From NCBI GenBank assembly GCA_010909165.1, contig VJWM01000197.1, forward strand, positions 341,477 to 405,476: a stretch of 64,000 nt of DNA, given 5' to 3'. The translations under genes were made by a program, and so were the position numbers. Below, one piece after another: positions 50,484 to 63,403 of the stretch. Positions within the stretch are counted from its first letter, which is position 1, and every line of letters starts with the position of its first letter. The stretch is from Anthoceros angustus. Lineage: Eukaryota > Plantae > Anthocerotophyta. The notes under the pieces were generated by a model. That model saw only the letters and a list, made by a program, of their open reading frames with translations, ran no database searches and was not told the origin of the DNA.

Positions 50484-50983
50484 CCAAGCATCATCAATCT
50501 GTCCTTTAGGTACGTTCCTCTCAATCGGAATGGAATACTTTTTACACATCTGAAATTTGAACAAATTTGAATACCCTGGACTCTTGTGCTTGTCAGGTAG
50601 AGATGACATCAACTGTTTACATAGACGCTCGCCTGCATGAGTTACTCATCACGCATGAGCTTAGATTTCACAAGACAAAAGGTTTCCATGGACAAGAAAG
50701 GATAACTTGCGTACGTGGGAGCTGACATGCCTAAAAACCAGTCCTACTCGACTCCATATGTATATGAGTTACATAAACCCTGCTGCTGCTGCAGAGGAGC
50801 GCCAGTACTCCCCAGCGATGAGACCAACGGGAGATATTTGGGCCCAGGGAAAAGTTACTGGAAGATATGTACGTGTACAGACCACAAATCACACAGAGAT
50901 GGCCCACAGGCAGACCAGTAGTTTGAAAGCCTTCGACTCCCAAAGAAGTTTCTGGCCATAGGCCATCTATCTCAATTCATCAC

Positions 50984-52585
50984 TTACTGAACAAAAGCCT
51001 TTTCTTCGGTCATGACCTCAGGATGGGCTTCCTCGTTAAGTGCGACCTCCTCGGCCTCTTTCTTGGAATTGGGTGAAAAGATGTGCCGAAAGTTGAGGAA
51101 CCGTCCCTTCGATGAGGAAGACTTGGCAGCCCGCAAAGCCGGAGAAAGGTTGCATAGTGGCACGTTCAGGACAGGCATTACCCGCACGCTAGCTGTATAT
51201 GACCCCAGCTTCTCCGGGCTCCGAAAAGCAGGATCCTTTTGCTGCATCAAAAGGCTCAAGTGCTCCTGCTTTTTGCTGCAGCCCTTCCTTGTGCTACTCA
51301 CACATTCCAGGTCCTTAAGCAAAATCTTGGAAGCCCCGGTATTCGGGAGGTCCACATCTCCCACCTTAACGGCAAGTTTTGTTGGGGAGCTGCCTCCGGG
51401 GCTCCTTCCAGGTCCCTGCCTCAGCCCAGAGGGTCCCCTGCGTAACCCACATGAGAGTATAATCCACCTCGAGTGTTTGGCTCGCCTCGCTGGACTATGA
51501 CTTCTGCTCACATCCGATACTACGTCTAACGACGTCTCGTTGCTGTCGCGGTCTGGAATGAGCTCCTCCAGTGATTGAGCAGCAGAGCCAGAAGAGTAAC
51601 TTCTGAGAGATGAGCAGGCTACACTCTTGGGACCTCCTGACCTGCTTTCCTCTGCCCAGCACCCACCAACTCCAACCTCCTGAGCCTCGGAGTCAGGAGC
51701 AACTTCCTCCTGTGGAGACTCACTGCAGGCAACGCCCAAATCCTCATCTGCATTTTGCTGACCTGCGCTACCCCGTCTGAAAGAGAAGCTCAACCGCCTT
51801 GAGAAGGACTGTCGCTTGCTCTCTGTCCTCTCAAGTTGCCCATCTTCTTGCGGGCATTCGTCACTTGGTTCCCCAGTCTTCAACTTCATGAGAGACCCAA
51901 ATAAACCCTTCCACCTGAAAGTTTTGGGAGGTCTGAAAGAGGGTGATGGCAAACACGACCCCGCACGCGAAGGGGGAGAGTCAGGGGAAGGGGTGTAGGA
52001 CGAAGCATGGGCAGGAATGAAGGGAAAATTTGCAGGGTCCAACGGGGATGACGGAGGAGGAATAGCAGAGCTGGACACAGCTGTCGACTGAGGTCCCGAA
52101 CTGGGCGACAAGGTTACCAGAGGGGTCTCAAAATTGTGACCTTCATGTCCAGAACCACGGTCACCAGCCACTCCGCTACTGCGCACTTCTTCAGCAAAGC
52201 GGAATGCTTCCTCGTCAGCCCCGACATACTCCAGCCGGCCCATCCTCTGCGACATTTGCAAAGGAAGCAACTTCCCATTGCAGAAGAGCTCGTCCGCCGT
52301 CTGCATAGCAGCGCTGCTCATTGGTGGGTCTCTTCCAGCAGCGGACATACAAAACTCGAACTCGGCAGAATAGTCCACGGCGTCGCCGTCCTTCTTCCCC
52401 TTGCTCTCTTTCACAAAGAACTCAAAATCCCCGGATCCACCATCGCTGAGATCCCCCGCAGCACGCTCCGCGCTCACGTCGAGTCCTTTATCCACAAAAT
52501 CCACAGAGAAGGAAATCCGAGGATCAAGCCATCCGACACCAGCTCCTGAGTCGTAAGCCGAGTCGCTGCATCTTTCCGACGCCAT
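50984..52585 (-). CDS. MAKR/BKI1-related disordered protein, intronless
   Basis: PRISFS.DF, DFEF/EFEF, ADELF.NGKLLPL, VRV.PVLNVP.C motifs in a 533-aa ORF. Confidence 0.75.
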   Translation of the reverse strand: MASERCSDSAYDSGAGVGWLDPRISFSVDFVDKGLDVSAERAAGDLSDGGSGDFEFFVKESKGKKDGDAVDYSAEFEFCMSAAGRDPPMSSAAMQTADELFCNGKLLPLQMSQRMGRLEYVGADEEAFRFAEEVRSSGVAGDRGSGHEGHNFETPLVTLSPSSGPQSTAVSSSAIPPPSSPLDPANFPFIPAHASSYTPSPDSPPSRAGSCLPSPSFRPPKTFRWKGLFGSLMKLKTGEPSDECPQEDGQLERTESKRQSFSRRLSFSFRRGSAGQQNADEDLGVACSESPQEEVAPDSEAQEVGVGGCWAEESRSGGPKSVACSSLRSYSSGSAAQSLEELIPDRDSNETSLDVVSDVSRSHSPARRAKHSRWIILSCGLRRGPSGLRQGPGRSPGGSSPTKLAVKVGDVDLPNTGASKILLKDLECVSSTRKGCSKKQEHLSLLMQQKDPAFRSPEKLGSYTASVRVMPVLNVPLCNLSPALRAAKSSSSKGRFLNFRHIFSPNSKKEAEEVALNEEAHPEVMTEEKAFVQ

Positions 52586-55018
52586 CGCTGATAGAGCAGA
52601 ACTGGAGCCCTCCCGCTCTCACATATTACACTCACAACCACCGCGAGCACTCCAGGTTGCACGGAGAGCTGCCCCCTATACAATCTCTCCAGCACAGCAA
52701 GCCATGAGAGGCCGAAGGTGAACTTCCCCCATTCAGGTGAAGCGCGCCGATTGGCCTGAAAAGGCAAAGGCAGCACGTTCTCGTCAGTGGGTGATTCAGA
52801 AGGAACCATCACTCGGACGAGCTGCAGATCTGGAAGGAAAAGACACGCAGCTTAACCTCTAGGCATTACCGGAAAGGAGGAACACCCGCATTCCTCATCA
52901 CAAAAGTCTATCCGCACTGCGCCTGCTGCCTCCTCCGAAACCAGCACCTTGTATCGACATTAGAGCTCCCGCCCTGGCCAGTGGGACGGAGAGACGAAGC
53001 TATCAGCGAGTGGAGAAGGAGAAGAAGTTTTCGAATTTCTACAACCCAGTACAGTGCCCGCAAAGACTGGGATCACACACTCTACTCCCAGCGCATAGCA
53101 CAGCACAACCCACAACCGCGGAGAAGAATCAAACGAGGGGAGCAAACGGCACAAAGTCAGAAAACAATGATCACCTCGAAACGAAACAGCCCAACTCCGA
53201 CAATGGCGCCAGTAACGCGAGACTGCAGTGATCAGACGGCTAATTCGCAGGAACCTGTCTCCCCTCGCGTAAAATGCAGCAGGCCAGAAAGCTTCTCGCA
53301 GAGATGCAATGTGGTGTCGAATTGCATGCGAGAGGAAACTGCAGCGGGAGCGGAATTGGCAGACACGACACGGGAAACTGGAGCAGCCGCAGCGAGCGCC
53401 CTGGAGCTCGTGGTGCTGCTACTGGTGAAGCAGCCAGATCCGGGAGAAGGGGCAGGAGAAGCAGCAGAGATAGCGATCCCCGCTTTCCAGCTGGAGCGAG
53501 GGAGCGAGGAGGGGCCTGGAGCCGGCGAAAGGGGCGCAACTGGCGCAACGCTGCGCAAGAAAACCCTAAGCATTATTTCAATCCGGCCGGGTAGCGGCCT
53601 TGTCCGGACGTGTAGTGCCCTGTCATCGGCACGACAGACGGAAACGCACATGCCCGGCGCTAAAAATAGGCTGCAGGCGCGTGTAGGTATCCGGTGACTA
53701 TCCAGTCAGGGGCAGGCGCCGGAGAAATCTCGCTCGCGGGCCGCTATCGGTTCCTGCACATGGGGCATGCCATGCCAATTGGCTATCGCCAAGCCATGCC
53801 CCTCTGACCCTGGAATTAAGGAAGCGGCTTCAGACACCTTTATTGCCGCAAGCATTAGGCTTGCGGCCGACCGGTCGCCCAAGTACGACCGCGGAGTCCG
53901 CGGTTTCCCGTTCCCTGCCGTTTCGCCATCGGGGTTCTTGCCCGCGCGCCCGCACAGCCGTTACTATTAATCCCATCATCGTCATCGTGGGGGATGTCAA
54001 GTGTCGGGAAACGGGCAACGGGCAACGGGAAACGGGGAACGGGGAATACCGGAGTGATGGAGTAACGGAACGGGAACCGAGGGATGGTGAGGGCCGAGGC
54101 GATGGCGCCTCGAGCTCCATGGGGAAGCGGAGGCGGTTTCGTGTTGCCGGTGGATTCCTCGTTGCTGGTGGTGCCAGATGGAGCATGAACCATGGTACCT
54201 GCAGTGATGGAATATATTGAGCGGATCAAGACATCAGCATGACAAGTGTGGCGGTGGCATGGTGTGACAGGCACGATGCCGAGCAAGCCCTAGCTCCAGC
54301 TCCCCAGCTCCAGCCCGGAGCGATGGATGTGGCTGTAGAACCACTTGTTTACTGATCCGCAAGCACGACCTCGGGAAGATGGGAAAGGGTAAGGGAAAGG
54401 GAGAGAAGCATGCTCATCTCGGATTCTTGACAAGTGCTTCTGAGGCAGGAATCGGATGTGTGTGACATTCTGTGGTGTAGTGCAAGTAGGCTAGAGCATG
54501 TTGCGCGAGATTGTGTGACTGAAGGAAGTGCGAACCAGAGCTTCCGACATCAGCTTTGTAATCCAAGGATCTTATGTTCCAACACAGCACCACTGTTGTC
54601 GTCATCAGCTTTTGGCGGGATGGATGTCGGTCACACCTTTTCTATGGTGGGACAGCTAGATATATCTATCTGTAGACGATGTTACTGTGTGTGCGTGATG
54701 AGGGACGGCCTAGAGAGGAAACCAGGTGCAACACGCCGGGGGTTGGTGACATGGTGTGATTCGCTTGCTTTTGCAGTGGACGAAAGGTCTCGGTCAAGGA
54801 ACTTGGTGATGGAGGAAAGGGCATGGGCAAAAGCTGCCATGGCAACGCTAGGTATTTTGTCTGGATGTTGCGCTCATGGGCTCTGGTGCATGCTCCTCAT
54901 TCCTTCTCCGATTTCCATATCTGGATTCTGAAGGCTCGCATGAAGGAGATCCGCCTCGGCATGTGTGCTCCGGCCAATGGCGTGCATCTCCTTGCAGCAC
55001 AGGGCACCGTGCGGTGGA

Positions 55019-55070
55019 GTGCTGTGCTGTGCTGTGCTGTGCTGTGCTGTGCTGTGCAGTGCAGTGTGCA
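55019..55070. repeat. (GCTGT)n pentanucleotide repeat
   Basis: Direct reading. Confidence 0.9.
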
Positions 55071-55473
55071 CCAGCTTGGCTCTCAACGCGCATGCCTTGA
55101 CTTGGGAGAGTGGCCAAAGTCGGAGCTCCACTTGTGGATATGTAATGCTGTTACGTTGTAGGTAAGGTAATCCCGAAGATCCACTCCCCCGTTGGCTCAG
55201 CCTTCAACTCCAACCATGTCAACGGGTTTGGCCCATTTTGGCTGGCAGCTGATGCTGCTGATGGTGGATGGACGATCCAGGGTTGATAGAATGCCGGGCC
55301 AAATTAAGGGGCGGGAAAGAAGTGAGGCTGTAGGTGCTGGGTACAGGCATATGATTGGACGCTGCTTCCGAGAACCGTTAGCCCAAATCTGCTGACACAC
55401 CTAATCTTGGCGCATCCTCCAGTTTATCTAATTTAAGATGGCGCCGATTTGTTTGCTGTTTTCTGTTACCGAA

Positions 55474-55544
55474 GTGGCAGTGGCAGTGGCGGTGGCGGTG
55501 GCAGTGGCAGTGGCGTGGTTTGAATTCAAACCACGCCACTGCCA
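55474..55544. repeat. (GTGGCR)n repeat ending in a perfect 40-bp palindrome (55505-55544)
   Basis: tggcagtggcgtggtttgaa|ttcaaaccacgccactgcca. Confidence 0.9.
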
Positions 55545-57491
55545 TGTAATGTGTATGTATGTGTGTGCACTGTGCAGTAGATACAGGTAAGTATGGGCTG
55601 GTTCCCACCTGGAGGCGGGACTACACCCACTGTAGCCGTAGCCTGTAGCGAAGCCCTGGAATGCCAAGCGTAGGGGAGACTCGTGGTCTGGCCTCCGGCC
55701 CATCCACATCGGGATCATCAACAGCCAGTGCAGGTATTCAGGACATTCCTGAATTTTCTGGAACACCAAACTCCTCAAAAGACGAGAAGGTACTGTACTA
55801 TGAGGCCACTGGAAGCCTGGAAGACTGGAAGCCTGGAAGCAGGAGCCTGGCCGCCTGTGCCACCAGGGCAGCGCGGTGGAATCTGCACATAACGCAATCT
55901 AGCATATTTCATGCATATGTATCTGTGAGGCAAGCCTGTGAGCCTGCGAGGGCTGTGGGCTGCTGCTCGTCATCATGCGTGTGGTTGTCTATCAGGCTCC
56001 AGGTTCTAGGCTCCAGGCTCCAGCCTCCAGGCTGCAGGGCCCCATGCTGCAGGCTGCATTTTTATTAGCTTGCAGATTACAGGAGTGATCAGGGGGAGCA
56101 GGAGGAGGACATGTATCTATGGCGTGGGGGTCGTGGTCAGAGGCAGGACTGATGAGAGAAAAGGGGTTATAAAAGCTTCCTGCCCCGCAGGGTACCTGCT
56201 CTGCTCTGTAGCATCACTAGTTGCAGTCTGCAATTCATGTATGGCCAAGGACGTGGACTTGACTGACTGGAGGCTTCTGCATACCGTACGGCGCGGATTG
56301 ATTAGAGGCAGCAGGCGCAGGCTAGCAGCCCTGGACCTGGGCCCTGGGTCTGGGCCCTGGGCCTGGGCCTGGACTGGACTGGGTGCCACTGCCTGCAGGC
56401 GCAGGCGCAGCATGGCACTGTCACGCTCCGAGCTCTCTCCACTGCCTCCCTGCCTGCCTGCCTGGCTGTGCTTTTGTGCATACATATCATAATGATGGTG
56501 GTGGGGCCCTCAAAAGAATCACATGGTGAAGCTTGCTGTGAGTGGCTCACATGCTTGCCATGTGACCTCATCGCCCTTTCCCCGACTCCCAGTCTACTAT
56601 GTATGTGGATCCCTGATTCTTTCCTGCCCTAGAATACACTTTGCTCAGCGAGCCTGCCTTGCTGCCCAAGCAACAAGTGCACCTCTCAGGGCCCGTGTTA
56701 TTTCACCGCCTGAGAAGCCCTCGTACACCAGGCCCCACGACGCTATCCACTACCCACAGCTTTAAGCCCAATGATACGCAGCAACGGGTGCGCACCGCGC
56801 TTCGGTGACAGATAGAAGCGCTTCAGGCCTCCACCCAATCCAAAGCCCAAACTAGACAACTCCTGTTTCCTCACAACAAATCTCAGGACCTAGGCACTAT
56901 TGTATGTGCCTTTTCATTGTCACAAGGACAGGCATTTCAAACCCACACAGGCCCTTGTTAGAATCAGCGGACAAACGAAGCAGCAGCAGCAGCAGAAAGG
57001 CGTCAAGATTATTTATCCTACATTGAATAATAATAATAGGTTCTCGGTCAAAATTGCACCGGCTCTTAAATAATTGGTGAGCTGGCTTTAGGTGTTCAGT
57101 GTTCAGCGTTCAGATCAGTAATCAAATGAGCCTTCAAAAAATGTGGCTCAAAAAAATGTCAGAGATCGGACTGTATGTAACACTATGATACAATGGCAAG
57201 GCACTTCACAGAAACAGACGGCAAGAACAAATGTGACCGAAAGCCCCACAAAAACCATACAGGCTTCAACTGCTCAAATATAACCACAACCAAACTGGGC
57301 AAAGCACCGAAAGCTGCTGGGAGCTACAGGGGCAGAGGGGCCGAGACACCAGCCGAGCCATCGCTCAACTACTTGTCTGCCAGCCTGCCTGCCTGCTGCC
57401 CCGGCTGGACAGACTTTCCATCGCCGACACTATCCAGCCATAGGCACAATAGAGTAGAATGGCGTGATCGACCATACTACCAATGGCCACA

Positions 57492-59386
57492 TCATTCTTT
57501 ACCTCGAGCACCTCTCTTAACTTGGCACAAAAAAGCAAGCCTGGCTGCTGCATCTTGGACAAAGCTCCCAAGTGTTGCAACCGTGGCAGTGGTGCTGCCG
57601 ATCTTCTCTATCCCACGTGAAACCATGCACATGTGATTAGCTTCAACTTTCACCATCACCCCATGAACACCGCTGCATCCAGCAACGGCCTCGGCAATCT
57701 GTCTCGTGAGACGCTCTTGGACCTGCAACCTTTGGCTGTAAACTGTGACCATCTTCTGCAGAGCAGATCTATTGATGTGACGCGCTCCCTGAACAACAAA
57801 GTAGCCAATATGCACGATTCCAGCAAACGGAAGCAGGTGATGCTCGCACTGTGACAAAAAGCACAAATCCTGCTGCAGTGAGAAGGATCCTGTTGCACCA
57901 TCGACCACCATCAAACCAGCCACCAACTCTGTGGAGTGACACCCGTTACTGTATCCATTCAGCCCACCATTTATACTCCCGTTGAGACCCAAACTTGCAA
58001 AATTCCCTTGTGTTGACGCAAGCAGATTGCGGACAAACCGTTCTGGCGTGAAACGCAATCCATCCCTCCCCGGATCCTCCCCAACAGCTAACAGCAGTGT
58101 CTCGACAGCAGCAACCATCTCAGAAAAAGAAGGCAAAGGAGGCTTTTGCGCCCAGCCTAATGGAGCAGACAGCCCACACAGTCGTTGTCCACACCCATTG
58201 GTAAGTAGAAAAGGCTCACCATGCAAAACGGACCCAAGACCTGCCTCCGAAAGGCCTCGTGGTACACCATGATCACCCAGACGAGGAGAGAATGGACAGC
58301 ACTTCCGTGCGCAGCTCACCCCGAGGTCCACGTCCAACATGGCGACGAACTCATCCCAAAGATGGCCACCACCCTGAAGTTGACCTCTTGCAGCATGCAC
58401 CGTAGAGGGCACCCAAACCATTCTATCAGCATTCAGAGAGTCCATCACGCCGTTGTTAGCAGCCATCGGCCACTGCAGATGCCAACACTCCACAACAATA
58501 GCAACCCCAAAAGGCTTCAGGACATCGGCCAACGCCTGCACAACCTCATCGGCGAATCTCTCTGGGCTCTGCAGGCGCTTGGCGTACATCTCAGCCACAC
58601 GGGGCAGCTTGCTCAGCCCAACCACACGGTCACCCGAAGGCACATACGCCATGTGGCAACGCACCCTGAAGGGCAGCAGACAGGCTTCACAGGACGCAAA
58701 CAGATCCACGTTCCTGACAACCACCATCCCTCCAGACCCGCCTCCGCAACCGGCCCCCGCCCCAGCGCCTGCCTCAGCAAACAGCGCGTCTCCGATGATA
58801 TGCTGAGCCGACTGCCGATACCCTAGGCACAAACACACAACAAGCAAAACCGGGAATTGATGCCAGTGTCTGCAGCACGCCATCCACCGTACGCAGAAAG
58901 CAACAGGTTGGTGGTTCAGCCAATGTGGATACTCACATACACAAGCAGCAGCAGGTGTGGGAAGAGAACAGAGGTTCAACCAATGTGAGTGAAGTTTCAT
59001 GCACGAACGCACGCGATGTAAGCGATCTCGGCGTCGCTGGTCTCTGATTGAGGATGAACAGCTGAGACCTTTCAGATTGCCAGAGGAGGTGCAGAAAGCC
59101 AGCCTTCAACAGGATCCACCCCGACTAAATCACGGCAAGGGCTGGGCGTGGCGAGTGGTATACCTCTGGTGGCACTCATAAGCGCCCGCGCCACCCGGAG
59201 CGGCGTCTTGACGAGGCCATCCCGCCCCGGATCCTCCCCCAACCCGTGCAGCAGCACCGAGACCGCCGCCATCATCTCCCGCAGCTTCCCTCCGTCCGCC
59301 TCCACGGCGGGCGCGCAGAGCTCCTCCTCCTCCACCAGCGTGTCCGTGAGACAGGCCTCCCAGCCCGAGACATGCTCTGGCGCCAT
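57492..59386 (-). CDS. GCH1: GTP cyclohydrolase I, plant bimodular type; one intron 58823-59163
   Basis: Two GEDPGRDGL..TP.R modules, CEACLLPF and CEHHLLPF, GLSKLPR, RLQVQERLT, HMCMVSRG. Confidence 0.95.
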
Positions 59387-60039
59387 GATCTCCAGCTGCC
59401 GCTGCTGCTGCTGCTGCTGCTGCTGTGGCCGCTGCTGCTCTTCATTCCGGACCAGATCCCTTCACCCCGCGCTTCGGAATTGCTGCAGTGCAAGCGGGAT
59501 CCTGGCCACCGCCATCCCCAATCCGTGCCCGTCCCATCCACGATCTCCCGGCCTGCTGCTCCTCCCGCTCCGGCTGCAGCACGATCTGGATCATCCCTCG
59601 GCCATGGCCGGTCGCATGGAGAGAGGATCAGGCGATGCGTGGACGTGGGAGAGCCGATCGTGAGACTGGCTGTGGACGCCGATTTCAAGGGACCAATGTT
59701 CGCCTCGTTTTAGGGCTTGTAATGCCGCTTTTTATCGTACTTTACATCAAATCATATGAAAACGACGTTGGCAGCGGCTTTATCTCTGCTCCCACTCCCA
59801 CGTCATATCGCCAAATGGCTGCCACCTCCTCCCACTTGCGCAGCAACACTCTCGACTACCCGCATGCCATACCATCAGCTTCAAGTTTAGACCCTTGTCA
59901 ATAGCTAATGTATTAGTTAAGTTAAGTTAGATGGATTACCTTTTATAATGAACTTGATCGTGGATTTAATTCATAATCGCCCCACAGGACTTTACACAAG
60001 GCAGCCCGCGGGGGCTTTTCACAAAAAGGGTATGGGTAG

Positions 60040-60343
60040 CAGCACCTCATCTCAAGGGTGCTTGACCGTGGAGTTCCGATAGACCGACGTCTATATGTCA
60101 TTTAAGGGAGGACTAGATGGATTATCTTAAACAACTTATTTCGAAAACGATTTATATAAAAATAAAAGTAGAAATGAATGTATTAAGTAATCAGCACCTC
60201 ATCTCAAGGGTGCTTGACCTTGGAGTTCCGATAGACCGACGTCTATATGTCACTTAAGGGAGGACTAGATGGATTATCTTAAACAACTTATTTCGAAAAT
60301 GATTTATATAAAAATAAAAGTAGAAATGAATGTATTAAGTAAT
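60040..60343. repeat. ~152-bp tandem duplication
   Basis: cagcacctcatctcaagggtgcttgacc...tgtattaagtaat twice. Confidence 0.92.
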
Positions 60344-63300
60344 CTCCTCCAAATGAGAAAATTCAACCAACAGTGGTACGGACTTATGTTTAAACTAAAT
60401 AATAATAGATTCAAAATTGTCCGTTGATTCGAGGGCTCTCCTGGTCAATCATAATAAATTCAAGTGGGATGATAGCAACAAAGCAAAGGATGGTCTGCTT
60501 GGCAAAGGATGATCTGCCTAGAGTCAGTCTTGGGAGGAGGCAGCCAAGTATGTCGAGGACTCTTCAACGTGTGGCAGAAAGAAACAAGCGCAATGTTGCA
60601 GTACCAAAAGAAGAGCATGAGCCACAGCCTTAGTCGGGGAGCCCTACATGTTTGGTGTCGTGTGAAGTCCTAATAGCACTTTATGTCAAAGGGCTTTTGA
60701 AAATTGACGGCAGCAACGAGAAGCCTTGTTTAGATGCCAATCTAAGGGGTGGGCGGACAAAGAGGGTCGGTGAGGAGGTCGAGAGACCACCCTAGTATCT
60801 AGAAAAGGCAAAAGGAGGGTTTCCAGAGCTTCTCACATGGAACCAAGAGGGCAAGTATCGCTTTACAAACTCAAAAGCAAACGTACTTAGTTCGGGTCAT
60901 GCGCAAAGTGGACGAGCCGAAGTAGTCCCAGCTAGAAGACTCTTCGTCTCCATACATGTGTAAAGTCTTAGCAACTCTTTATTAAAAGGGCGAGTTTCCG
61001 TTACCAGCACCTACCATACGTGCTCCATTGCCTTTGGGAAAGGGAGGAGAGGAAGAGGAGGAAGAAAGGGCAAAAGAAGAGGGTGGGGAGGGCACCCCTT
61101 CTCTCGTGGATCACCATAATTCATCGAAAGCCTAGCCTTCTTCGGGTAGGCCATCCTTTAGGTTCACTATCATTTGCGATCCCACCTTTGTTTAAGAAGG
61201 CCACTTCCGAGGTCCACCATCTTTTGGAATCTTGGTCATGTTTTGGGAGGCAATGTCCAGAGTTCACCATTGACTTTTGGGACATCCAAGTGGATGCATT
61301 TCGAGAGCGCGGAGCATGTGAGCCTTGGACACGTGTGTTAGCGTGCGTTCTTAGGTAATAACATCCGGATAACAACTTGACGAGATACCATCTAGTATCG
61401 AGTAAATCTCCTCCACAGCGGATCCAGGACCTTTGCAACATGATGTGCGGCAGTTCACATGTGAATACAACCTGAAAGATATAATCTACAGTGGATTCAA
61501 GACCCTCCAATATCTTGAGCAGTTTACTACTTATTTGAAACCTACATGTCATGGCGTATGATACTAATCTATGTACTTGAGTTTAGTGTTTGATTAATAT
61601 TAATTACTAATCTATTTACTTATCTTTAAGTAAGTAGTTAGTATTAATAAATCTAAAGCGCTTACGTTAATCAATCATTTATTAGTGTTAATTAAGCATG
61701 GTTAGCAATAGCTAAGTGGATAAGTACAAGTAATATGCTAAAAATAAATCATTTATTAGTTTTAATTAAGCATGGTTAGCAATAGCTAAGTGGATAAGCA
61801 CAAGTAATATGCTAAAAATAAATCATTTATTAGTTTTAATTAAGCATGGTTAGCAATAGCTAAGTGGATAAGCACAAGTAATATGCTTTAGCATATTCCT
61901 TGCATATTATTGTGTACTCTTAGGATATTTCCGGCATATACTGATGCCAATAGGATGTATATATAGACTTTTTCACAGAGGACAAGCTCATATCATAGCT
62001 TGTCTTCTAGATATGCAATGCAAGAGTGTTGTGAGGAGGCCAAAGCTATGACTCCGAGAGCGATGTGTGAAGAATTTGCGTGTTGTTCTCATGGGGAGAG
62101 TATGCGAGCTACTCCCTCCTATCATTATTGGTTTGCACCTATACTTGCATACTAAACTTGTTTTGCTTGGTTGTATATATTGAGGAAGTGCTTATATAAA
62201 TGCAAGTGATTACCTCGTGCGATATCCACCAATTAGTTAGAACAACGTTCTTCTATCCAACTTTGATGACCATTTGGAATCATTTTTTGTGTTCTCAACT
62301 GTGTCTGGTCTAGACGCATTATCAAAAGGTTTTCTACCATGTGTCTTGTTGTACCCGCACAAGGCACAACTACACCAATCATTTGATGGTTCTGTGCTAG
62401 ATCAATTCCTTGCAGGTCAACTTAGTTAAGGAATGTGAGGGTGCATAGACGCCCCAATGTTGTATGAACTTTTAGCATAGAGTTATGGAGAGCACGGATT
62501 CTTTGTTCTGTTTTTACGTAACTTTCTTCATTGTTCTTCCTTCAATAATGAAGCTCGTTCTCCTATAAACACTTTTTTTGTCTCTCTCTCCTTCTTAGGT
62601 GTACTCTTTCGGCTCCTGCCTTCATCTGGCTAAAAGAGTTGGCTGGTTTGAGCTATGATTCGGCTTCTTCCTTGATTTATAGGTTTTGAGTTTAAGCTTA
62701 GAGTATGAGTATATAGATTTAGAGCTTGAAGTAGGGTGTGAGATGAGGGTTTAAGCTTAAAGTGTAAGTATAAATTTAGGGTTTAAGCGTAGGGCATGTA
62801 GTATAAACATGGACCACAGGTATTCGAAGACTTGGCATTTGGGTGTGTAAAGCAGTGCTTGCTCCCTTGGTTCAATGCGGAAAGATCCCGAAACCCTCTT
62901 TTGCTTTTTCTTGACCTCCTCACCGATCCTCCCCATCCTTACTTGCCCACCCCTCAAATTGGCAGCAAAACAAGTCTTTTAGGTACTTCCGTCAGTTTCT
63001 GGCCCTTTGACAGAAAGTTATGGTGCTAGGACTTTAGATGGCTACGGACAAGTAGGGCTCCTCGACTAATATTGATTGTGGCTCGTGCACATTTTCGAAT
63101 TCCAGGATGAGTGTTTCCTTTCTTTGGGATTGCAATGTTACGCTTGTTTTCTTCCGCCTCACGTTGGAGTGCCCTCAAAGCAATCCACTCCCTCCTCCCA
63201 AGGATGAAGGCATGCCATGCTTTTGCTTAGTTGCTATGGTCCCGCTTGGATTCATCATTATTGATCCAAAGAGCCCCATATTTATTATTATCGATCCAGA

Positions 63301-63403
63301 GAGCCCCTAATCAACGAATATTGTTTAATTTATTCTTATTGATTACCTAGTTTAAGACATCAGTCCCTCTCACTTTTGGTTGGATATTTACATTTCGAGG
63401 ATC
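60344..63403. mobile_element. Pair of ~540-bp diverged inverted repeats (~60344-60880 and ~62835-63403); possible foldback/MULE-like non-autonomous element
   Basis: Colinear reverse-complement matches, e.g. ggggtgggc..gtcggtgaggaggtc vs gacctcctcaccga..gcccacccc and cgttgatt..gggctctc vs gagagcccctaatcaacg. Confidence 0.6.
61547..62041. mobile_element. Partial inverted copy of the 19476-20226 LTR-like repeat, with a 74-bp unit x3 (~61673-61887)
   Basis: Reverse-complement homology to ~19853-20226, starting at TGTCATG. Confidence 0.7.

Noticed and set aside
52981-56765. Many 100-240 aa ORFs and possible conserved miRNAs
   Set aside because: Low-complexity frames expected in GC-rich DNA; no exact match to conserved plant miRNA sequences I could recall.
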